From NCBI GenBank assembly GCA_018814025.1, contig JAHJAM010000025.1, forward strand, positions 2,530-66,529: a DNA stretch of 64,000 nt, written 5' to 3'. The notes under the pieces were generated by a model. It saw only the letters and a program-made list of their open reading frames with translations, was not told the DNA's origin and ran no database searches. The position numbers were made by a program, and so were the translations under genes. This document shows, piece by piece, positions 31,101 to 36,120 of the stretch (positions are counted from its first letter, which is position 1; every line of letters starts with the position of its first letter). The stretch comes from Patescibacteria group bacterium. GTDB taxonomy: Bacteria; Patescibacteriota; Patescibacteriia; UBA9934; GWF2-40-263.

Positions 31101-31643
31101 AGCGGTTCTTCGGCCGCGGATAATTATTATAAAAATCATCGCGGCACTGACGGTTATGGCGGGGAAGTTTGGTGCGATGAAGGACGCATGGGGTTTGGCG
31201 GCAGCGGCGAAGCGTGCGAAAGCTCTTACCTGACTTTTGTGAATTCTTACCGATGTACCCCAACCATACTGACGGAATTGGATACAGCCGGGCGCGTGTG
31301 CCGGTTCCTAACTTTGCCAAACGGCGAGCGGAGATTGGAATATTCGCCGTGTATTGATCAGGGCTTGCAGGCTTGCGGCTTCCAGCCGCGCGTGTATGTG
31401 AAGGATAACTGGGGCTGGTGCACGGGGTATTGTACGAGTAATCCGGATGAGACACCGCTGGATGGTATTGATAATCCACCTGATTCAACTAATCAATGTT
31501 ATGGAAGTGAGTGTGATTTTGTGAGCTGTCCGAGTACGGGGCTGGGTGGTACTCCAACGTCAGATGTGTGCCCTGATGGTGAGTTTAGCGGTATAGATGA
31601 TCCATGGATATATTTTGACGGAGTGATTAAAATTCAGCCGTAG
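22167..31643 (+). CDS. giant secreted cysteine-rich surface protein (3158 aa) with two CBM4/9-like jelly-roll domains
   Basis: Uninterrupted 9.5-kb ORF. Signal peptide 'FAFGLTLSIVSAGIFSLVQPAWAQD'. More than 150 Cys. 'NAVANGSFEQDENNDGVPDGW...FDAIQIEKG' (nt ~24300-24780). 'FDDNLESGT...FFLDNIRLTQAE' (nt ~25690-26210). Confidence 0.9.
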   Translation: MKLFQSKTRKLFAGFFAFGLTLSIVSAGIFSLVQPAWAQDVLSTGQAALEATSSQTPTAGTSVSAGNPAEGPAKALGTVNQNVIKPSIQMVLVSVLLNSFQFLLDRLAYEAAVAIASLGAGETPLIVQKEGQDLWADIGMDVAGEFVGGLSDMSTDFVGFNLCAPPNPLVRMSIQLGIKQAYQPPEPKCDILKVGQNWEGFINSAIQLSDNPGDAIIEEFAKSLKPGRNELSASVEIMLEAEHRIDLAKATGFQQALAGDGFKSVTDFVTGQVTTPSSVLQKQFEKTTIEDRDKAAAFHMQTLITNPDYLWAMLFNTMSIFTNTLLSESLNRIYTGMFEASPEIDPFNVEYISNNNRQSAIDRFSSYSSTQPTSITNYNIIAEFVTCPSGGVAIPNINNCVMDANFATAVSRAASKNPMTVQEAIDEGLLHGDWPLVSPDDRTKNENSLCYTFGYCYGNLVKLRKARIIPVGWELAAKRSQQGAPATLQEVVDGFDHCNSQGTIDSSSNRFCHLIDPNWVLKYPETQCRAFVSGEQIISGYSSGRANTCVDMPSCISENNDGSCDGGFGYCVREKNIWRFRGDECPVQYASCLKFTNADTKSQKSLLVNTVDFGVCGQGNAGCLWYRTNKYIDDKGNTDPSDDTYEFLPAGVSYMTVARDAAVEYAGSTRTFGYYAHEDRIYFDRDAEECASQDAGCTKLYKIADNLVLNAVANGSFEQDENNDGVPDGWIGLEATDRESDTDEVQTGEYALHIHNEPNVFSQSGIQLAPNTFYTFSLYAKQGSAGATAANAKIRIYDAFGGLIDLTGLSTTCTVQSNYFRLELLNLNNDYSRYECSFTTPGTTAAASLEIDPFNRARFDAIQIEKGAVASNFADGYNREGATAYLKLAPDYLGCEGKATDPQACEQYTQVCTEQEVGCNLYTPKGGGPAIPAIISAVDACPAECVGYAAFKQEATKYELAFFPEYFIADTAASCTAEQVGCDSFTNLDALDQGGEGIEYYSDLRACLTPADAGDNTGADRAANYFTWEGTDQAGYQLRSWWLLQSNLSDAPCSNWTMSGASSLICNDSGSGLAACDSHDDLVNNPDCREFFDENGVRHYREYSKTVTISEDCHPYRKTIALRDDCLASDGYYTPAGECRYFGVPVESQSCSASAVGCRSYTGGAARNQSVVFDDNLESGTVANYMTENGINIAFSNESLAPDGHSLRVYNASGTEFIATTQAIMTSECATAGGCANQNSEMNGECVIAQGEIDCGPLRDKIAAGKTFNLEFLAKGNGAIKAALIEHGGADDLHYFGEAQLTGAWRLYTLGPLDTSDLDYIDRTTVLGFQTSGATEFFLDNIRLTQAEDNITLIKDSWVTPAACDQTPNGLSSPQYYLGCQEYSDVTNRPNYLYQFSRLCGEDKVGCEAYYQTYNSQSPYGQVNNARCLNGAAPNGSPVGALTACQFNGRTVCSIAPGTNFCLFNLDQAISRPLPAKIVLGPEAKLVSGDRPVYLIDDGSTSCSAANVGCTEIGQPTFNRDKTQVTGFESAYFMNNPDEYENTLCAHKALFCAEWSSTKDGNFYFKDPLDQTCEYKTGITIDRREFFGWFRKGSNEPCDWNDLNQDGAYHPADDSALIKEGGKFEVWRNGDSQYSGWVAQCDQNMDLCTEFLDPTDSQEGRNPLGTSYYFKNNDALSESSLAATQRCDGLVSQKQGCVLFHNSSISDMYYSAEPSYIASERADILFGDAQFAKVDPIDCTNYDPNENRLGKNLCELRCAYRTGGLANPLKTLATTASTADANLLYSGACVDNSDCPSQVAANGLTYAGNCVSVEPAARFTNNTNAIVKVVRDRACAQWLTCESKSVTFDDQQQKWVEVCENLELCSRYTREGDTTECTAADQPEPYVLDALYYAARDVTWTGVEYSGYSIPDQLPVDLYDQVDLNPSKWCVSTASGRPYRDEQTDLGVPCTSDDGCDYLAAAGDYYCSPANEQYYVLANVAGPCTEDYNTACTVGFCEDHPNIACGNSSHCPDNGEICVVGYCQDVYLAIGCDTNTQCNGVSGGRNICDPVARKCVNQLTTGENATACRSAGDCTGINPTCTPSALSRVGTCFNQQCLLDIKGQPYSAKQDKVINPECRGYPEIDSPFSGIPGTVVTKYTTKPPPTDFLPQAQEKKVGYGQVNICAPIQTAAGVWAYTSDCLCSYEKMTYGDGIKTFYYPKGTDLDNLEGVCVGGQFDSYTCAKDSECGCARDSSCEGNEISLGICALPKKKETYQGWTGHCIERDSSTHIYVEQEKNACLTWLPVDRLTGATDLYGKDLEAGQFINQDVFYCSETGYYMDLYPTGTVFDDYSNIVGIDYACASSIDAPGNFQCEQGERDSCEKNAYCPAGWVALVGVCHGSSKTETSLGYCTADVLNENSDLRTKMPIQAADLALPPLAPNLNDCPYFCVPKNSYHSEGNDVGTACFGSGQLSTTNVDGTSVFATPYYLNDNLGVANGESFASSTGAFKKYSDCVVRGVPVGTSEYETDWYYNSSFEDENSGWYKGYGWKRNTDLSPGEIAVDFGLGHAAYGILHRAVGAGYKHCESLGQACTTDAQCLGNYSTAFGPGGIPSSLTGATLLAFEAFLNQVAPFVGQCGTYGGPETTSGSIRPYYGCYELTQVSQEVTTGAALAESNKAWTNRLWQSADPLYQTKTNMPQWTGSATQPLEYTVLDAPAPAGQALFADYFQRDGLTNRYLMRDFADAFPLPVRTDLGGFAIGTVGLDIKAGITDAEAYKYPSLNQYKTGASSTALKSGHTPYSLALSYEDLGNGSELSAVSGDIALDQYGRFGNSNSTEVGVSPDPDGQQSVRRLLSQFFAKTYAVYQYVWNDNRGTYVKQPDAAGEQYESMDISSQGDALGTEFNQYSGNGGQVPVVKSVGSCQNGLCAEGTSGTMSVNGIDDEDIVMNGYQTFQATLSFFTYAQPNQLPIRQIIVDWGNGTEEGSMDTWTNWPLTSHSGSSAADNYYKNHRGTDGYGGEVWCDEGRMGFGGSGEACESSYLTFVNSYRCTPTILTELDTAGRVCRFLTLPNGERRLEYSPCIDQGLQACGFQPRVYVKDNWGWCTGYCTSNPDETPLDGIDNPPDSTNQCYGSECDFVSCPSTGLGGTPTSDVCPDGEFSGIDDPWIYFDGVIKIQP

Positions 31644-31663
31644 TGGGAAAATTTGGAGATTAA

Positions 31664-31690
31664 AAAAGACCAGTGCTAGGCACTGGTCTT
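31664..31690. terminator. bidirectional terminator between the giant gene (+) and the lipoprotein gene (-)
   Basis: AAAAGACCAGTGC-TAG-GCACTGGTCTT, a perfect 11-bp stem. Confidence 0.8.
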
Positions 31691-31711
31691 AAGTTTGGCG
31701 GCCTCTGCCAG

Positions 31712-32286
31712 CTATTTGCGAGAGTACACGCAGTTGAGTTCGTTGCCTCCAACAAGGATGGCGTGGTGCTGGAAACTCTCGCCGTCATTGGCAATGGTGC
31801 CGTCGATGCAGTAGCCGACGCTATTGCATCCTTCGTAGTGGTTGCCCACGATTTCGGCGTTGATGTTGGCGAAGCCGCGCATTTCGATCTTGCCGTTGTT
31901 GACCAAGGTGAGAAGCTCGCGTTCTTCCTGGCAGTTTGCATCGCTGGTGATATAGAACTCTTTGAGCGGGATGCCGGCTGTAATGGTCAGGAGGACCAAC
32001 TCGCCATTGTCATCCACATCGGCAGTAGCCGGTACGCTCAGAAATGATGAGCCTTGGCTTTCGATCTCGTAGACGCCGGCCGCGTGGACCTTGTGCTCGC
32101 AGGTCATGGCATTGGTGCAGACCACCTCGCCGTCGACCAGGAAGTCGCCGGGCGGAACGCCTTGGGTGATGCTCATGGAGAGCGTGGCTGTGAAAGAACC
32201 GGGGTTGCCGCCGTCGGGATCGAATTCGGCAGGGCCGCACGCCAGAATGGGCGCGGCGAGGAGAAGCATCATTATCTTCTTCATCG
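31712..32286 (-). CDS. hypothetical lipoprotein
   Basis: Start MKKIMMLLLAAPILAC (lipobox-like LAC) after GAGGTGA RBS. The track's ORF extends further upstream without an RBS. Confidence 0.7.
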
Positions 32287-32500
32287 TATCACCTCGTTTT
32301 TGCCCCGCAGTGCGGGTTGGGTTAAAGAGCTTATCTCTACTTAAATTAGACAGCAAACTTTTGGTTTTGTCAAGGTGGCTCCGGACAAACGGTGAATAAT
32401 GAAGCAGGTATTATTTAGCTAATATTAGCCAAGACTCTTGACATATTGTGTTTTTTGTGATATATTTATCAGTCTTCAAAGTTGAGTAATCATCATCCCA

Positions 32501-32523
32501 ATACCACAACCGGGTTGTGGTAT
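32501..32523. repeat. REP-like palindromic repeat family A, inverted-orientation copy (ATACCACAACCGGGTTGTGGTAT)
   Basis: Same arms as the 21267/21321 copies, but the asymmetric centre is CGG instead of CCG, i.e. opposite orientation. Confidence 0.85.
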
Positions 32524-32543
32524 CGGTGAACAGGAGGTTTAGG

Positions 32544-32819
32544 ATGTTTAACAAGAAGCGAGCGGAAAAAATGGTGGGCGCGGCGGCTTGTACGCTGCAG
32601 TTGGTCCTGATCTTTGGCGGGTACTCGGATCAGATTCGGCAGATGCTTAAGGCCGAGTCGTTGGCCGGCGTGTCCATTACGCTGTTCGTGCTAGTGCTCA
32701 TCTCACACTTGTTCTGGACAGTGTATGCGCTGATCAAGCGCGACAAGGCCGTGCTGATTCCGCAGATCCCGGGATTCCTATTGGCCGCTTCGATTGTGGT
32801 CATAATTATTTCTAAATAG
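32544..32819 (+). CDS. small hypothetical membrane protein (3 TM, 91 aa)
   Basis: ATG 32544 after CAGGAGG RBS. Hydrophobic. Confidence 0.55.
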   Translation: MFNKKRAEKMVGAAACTLQLVLIFGGYSDQIRQMLKAESLAGVSITLFVLVLISHLFWTVYALIKRDKAVLIPQIPGFLLAASIVVIIISK

Positions 32820-32909
32820 TATTCAGTCCGTGTTTATACCTCCGACTTAGGTCGGAGGTTTTTTATCCAAGCAACCCCGGGTGGAGGCTTGGTATGGCAG
32901 GTACTCGCA

Positions 32910-32924
32910 ATACCACAACCCGGT
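32910..32924. repeat. partial family-A REP copy (ATACCACAACCCGGT) abutting a family-B repeat
   Basis: Left arm plus centre only. Confidence 0.6.
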
Positions 32925-32929
32925 AACCG

Positions 32930-32950
32930 TTTCCATCATCCGGCTATGGA
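32930..32950. repeat. REP-like repeat family B (TTCCATCATCCGGCTATGGAA), left flank of the RAYT gene
   Basis: Imperfect palindrome. Reverse-complement copies at 33672-33692 and 33582-33602. Related copy CCATCATCCGGTGATGG at 51012-51028. Confidence 0.8.
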
Positions 32951-32953
32951 AAA

Positions 32954-33565
32954 TTATTTCATAAATTCTTGATAAGATTTTTGATCCATAAATTCTTCGT
33001 CTAGCCATTTAGGATCGACAATGTTATTTGCACCTGAAGAATTTAGAAAGTCAGCGTAGCTGGACCAAGGGTAGTCACGCAGAAATTGGTTTATTTGATC
33101 CCAATTTGTGTGTGGTTTGTTAATGAGTTTCAGTGGATTGCAGTGAATATATTTAGTTAAGTAGATAAGTTGTCTCTCGTTTGTAACTTGTTTGATCTTG
33201 TAGGGCCCCTCAAATAACCTACCCGTTCTCTTGTGTTTTAGGTTGAAATATTTTGTGTATCCGTTACCTAATCGTTGAAAAAAATGTGATATTCCATTGT
33301 CAGAATTTTGTTGGAGTAAGATGTGAAAGTGGTTTGGCATTAAACAGTAACACCGGATGTTGACCAGTTTTGTCCGACATGTGTTTTTATTGTAGCCGTT
33401 ATTTCTAGTTAATGTACATGTTGCTTTGCGATTGATTTGATTAAAGACTGCCATTCCTTTCAAGAATCTTTGATAGTCATTTTTATCGTCAAAGATAATT
33501 CGTTTATCAACTCCGCGATTATAGATGTGACAATATTGTCCATTGTAAAATTCCATTCTTTTCAT
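32954..33565 (-). mobile_element. REP-associated tyrosine transposase (RAYT; IS200-like HuH/Y1 transposase)
   Basis: HuH motif 'CLMPNHFHILLQ'. Catalytic Tyr region 'LIYLTKYIHCNPLK'. About 200 aa. Likely start MKRMEFYNGQ at 33565, but the ORF is open to 33664. Flanked by inverted family-B palindromes. Confidence 0.8.
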
Positions 33566-33671
33566 AAAGAATTCCAAAGCCGGATGATGGAAAATAAAAC
33601 TTCCACCAACTGGTGTTTGGTGGAAGTACACTGATAATATCGCACATTTTTTCATGATTGTCAACTACAAA

Positions 33672-33692
33672 TTCCATAGCCGGATGATGGAA
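33672..33692. repeat. REP-like repeat family B, right flank of RAYT (TTCCATAGCCGGATGATGGAA)
   Basis: Inverted relative to 32930-32950. Near-duplicate 90 nt upstream at 33582-33602 (AATTCCAAAGCCGGATGATGGAAA). Confidence 0.8.
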
Positions 33693-33701
33693 AGTTTGGT
33701 A

Positions 33702-34082
33702 CGATATTTTTGAGGAGTGGCGACTGGTAGCGAGCGAGTGGTGGCTTTATGCCGTCGACTGTTCAAACGGATTCGACTGCATGGAAGGCCATGAGTCGAC
33801 TTTGGCACCAGACCGGTTGGAATGAAGGCGAATTCCATTCCGGGCCGGTGTGCCCGCCCATCCGGGCTAAGCGGTTTCCAAGAAGCCTTTTGGAAAACGC
33901 ATCCGTGGCTACCACGGTTTTTTCGGCCGCCGGGTGGCGTAGCTCAAGCGGAGCTCGACACCCAATCCTCACTGCCGGTGAGTTCTGACTTGTTCGCAAG
34001 TCCGAGCTCGCCGGCTTTTTTGTTGTGTGCTAATATTTTTTTGAGGCCAGACTGTCAGCCCTGAAACGCTACCACTCCTCAA
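33702..34082 (+). ncRNA. candidate structured noncoding element (~380 nt, GC-rich) bounded by inverted repeats; identity unresolved
   Basis: No credible ORF on either strand. Terminal inverted repeats TTGAGGAGTGG..TGGTAGCG (33702-33724) and CGCTACCACTCCTCAA (34066-34082). Internal hairpins (TTCCAAGAAGCCTTTTGGAA; CGTGGCTACCACG). GCCGGC+T6 at ~34008-34020. Confidence 0.3.
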
Positions 34083-34091
34083 CGGTCGCCG

Positions 34092-34124
34092 CTCCTCGTC
34101 TCGATTTCGATCAAACGAGGAGGA
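34092..34124 (+). promoter_or_regulatory. RBS-sequestering hairpin upstream of the small lipoprotein gene
   Basis: CTCCTCGT (34093-34100) pairs with ACGAGGAG (34115-34122), overlapping the SD GAGGAGGA 7 nt before ATG 34129. Confidence 0.5.
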
Positions 34125-34128
34125 TCCA

Positions 34129-34335
34129 ATGAAAACCCAGACACACCAAGTACTACCCGTTTTTTCCGCACTCGCGGTTTGCTTCATCTGCGGGTTTGGT
34201 GGTTGCAGTGCGCCGGAGAAACCGATCCGCGCGCTTTTCCCTGCTTTGAATCGGTCAGCGGGATTGGAAGGCGACGAGCATGACCGAACAGTAGGGTCGG
34301 CTTGGGTCGATTTGGATTCAGGTCTGGTGGTTTAA
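34129..34335 (+). CDS. small putative lipoprotein (68 aa)
   Basis: Strong SD. Signal peptide with Cys-containing lipobox-like 'FGGCSAPE'. Followed by a terminator. Confidence 0.55.
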   Translation: MKTQTHQVLPVFSALAVCFICGFGGCSAPEKPIRALFPALNRSAGLEGDEHDRTVGSAWVDLDSGLVV

Positions 34336-34342
34336 GCCTCAC

Positions 34343-34385
34343 GGCCGGTCGGAGTTCTGCTCCGACCGGCTCTTTTCTTTTGCGT
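34343..34385 (+). terminator. rho-independent terminator
   Basis: CCGGTCGGAG-TTCTG-CTCCGACCGG followed by CTCTTTTCTTTTG. Confidence 0.8.
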
Positions 34386-34430
34386 TTGAATCAGGCAAGA
34401 TATTAGGTATTCAATCTTAATCAAGTCAAT

Positions 34431-35690
34431 ATGATCGATAGCAAACTTATCCAAGAACAGCCGGATTTGGTGGCCGCTAACAATCAAAAGCGGGGAGCCA
34501 AAATTGATATTTCCGCGGCGCAAAATTTGCTATCCGAGCGTTCATCTTTGATTGGTGAGGTTGAGAAATTGCGCGCTCAAGGCAATGAAATTGCGGGCCA
34601 GATCCCCAAAGTAGCGGATGAGGCGCGGGCGGCTTTGGTGGCGGAAGGGAAGAATATTAAGGATCAAGTGAAAGTTAAGGACGAAGAGCTAAACAAAGTC
34701 CAAGCCCAATTGGATGAAGAATTGCACAAATATCCCAATGTTTTGCGCGAAGACGTGCCTGAGGGCTCGGACGAAAGTGCGAATCAAGAAATGCGAAAAA
34801 TCGGCGAGCCACCAAAATTTGAGTTCGAAGTTAAAGATCATTTGGAGTTGGGGGAGAACTTGGGTTTGATCGACGTGGAACGAGCCGCGAAAATTTCCGG
34901 CAGCCGTTTCGCTTACTTCAAGGGCGAATTCGTGCAGCTGGAATTTGCCTTAATTAATTACGTTTTGTCGGTTTTGGTGCCGGAAGGCTTTCGGCCGGTT
35001 TTGCCGCCGCACATCATTTCCACCAAGGCTATGCGCGCCATGGGCTATTTGGATCACGGCGGGGAAGAAGAAGTTTATCACTTAAAAAATGACGACGCGG
35101 TGTTAATCGGCACTTCGGAGCAGGCGGTGGGACCGATGTTCATGGATGAAATGATCGCGGGCGAGGAATTGCCGTTGCGCTTTGTGGCCTTCTCGCCTTG
35201 TTATCGCCGGGAAGCCGGGAGCTACGGTAAGGACGTGCGCGGCATTTTGCGCATGCACCAATTCGACAAGCTGGAAATGTTCAGCTATGTCTTGCCTGAG
35301 CAGTCGGATCAGGAACATGAATTTTTGCTGGCCATGCAAGAGCGGCTTATGCAAGGCTTGAAACTGCCGTATCGGGTGATGAAACTGTCGGCCGGAGATA
35401 CGGGCGCGCCTTCGGCGCGCACTTATGACATTGAAACTTGGATGCCGTCGCAAAATACTTACCGAGAGACTCATTCAACCTCAAATACGACAGATTATCA
35501 GTCGCGCCGTCTAAACACGCGCTACAAAAATGGCAAAGAGAAAGGCTACGTGCATATGTTAAACGGCACGGCTTTCGCGATTGGCCGAATCATGATTGCG
35601 ATTATGGAAAATTATCAACAGGCCGAAGGCAGCATTGAAGTGCCGGATATTTTGCGGCCGTGGCTGGGCAAAGATAAAATTGGAAGTTAA
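34431..35690 (+). CDS. serS: seryl-tRNA synthetase
   Basis: N-terminal coiled-coil arm. Class II motifs ('FRRE...GS', 'GTAFAIGRIMIAIMENYQ'). Confidence 0.93.
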   Translation: MIDSKLIQEQPDLVAANNQKRGAKIDISAAQNLLSERSSLIGEVEKLRAQGNEIAGQIPKVADEARAALVAEGKNIKDQVKVKDEELNKVQAQLDEELHKYPNVLREDVPEGSDESANQEMRKIGEPPKFEFEVKDHLELGENLGLIDVERAAKISGSRFAYFKGEFVQLEFALINYVLSVLVPEGFRPVLPPHIISTKAMRAMGYLDHGGEEEVYHLKNDDAVLIGTSEQAVGPMFMDEMIAGEELPLRFVAFSPCYRREAGSYGKDVRGILRMHQFDKLEMFSYVLPEQSDQEHEFLLAMQERLMQGLKLPYRVMKLSAGDTGAPSARTYDIETWMPSQNTYRETHSTSNTTDYQSRRLNTRYKNGKEKGYVHMLNGTAFAIGRIMIAIMENYQQAEGSIEVPDILRPWLGKDKIGS

Positions 35691-35756
35691 CATGTTATTC
35701 ACAAAGCGTTTGTCAAAAATTTTGAACGCGTTTTGGGAAAAATAATCATTGAAGTT

Positions 35757-35786
35757 TAAAGCGATCCGGGCGGATCGCTTTTTGTT
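35757..35786 (+). terminator. rho-independent terminator after serS
   Basis: AAAGCGATCC-GGGC-GGATCGCTTTTTGTTTTG. Confidence 0.85.
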
Positions 35787-36120
35787 TTGTTAAAAATACA
35801 TAACGCGAAATTTGGCTTAAATCAGCCCAATTATGCCTTGACCTCGCTAAAATAATATGATGTTGTGAAAATAGGAGGAAGCGCTTAATCTATCCGGTTC
35901 GGGCGAGAAGATGGGTAAAGTGACGGAGGATAATCTTTTCCATCGGCCCCGTGGAGAAAGCGCTCCTGAAAAATAAAAAATTAATGCGCTTGGTGGAAGT
36001 GCATTTCGAGCCAACGTTGTCGAACGGCTCGTCTCGGAGCAGGAGTACTAATGCTCCGGACGAGACAGTCGACCAGACCGGTCAACTGCTCGCGGTTCTT
36101 TACAACTCAAGGAGCAGGCG

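Noticed and set aside
33700-34100. tmRNA / RNase P RNA / SRP RNA / T-box / FMN riboswitch identity for the noncoding element
   Set aside because: I checked each for hallmark sequence motifs and found none. Missing are: tRNA-like GGTTCGAnTCC...CCA end or tag ORF; GGAAAGTCCGGGC and ACAGAACCCGGCTTA P4 strands; GGTGG-ACCGCG T-box; convincing RFN core. Left as unidentified.
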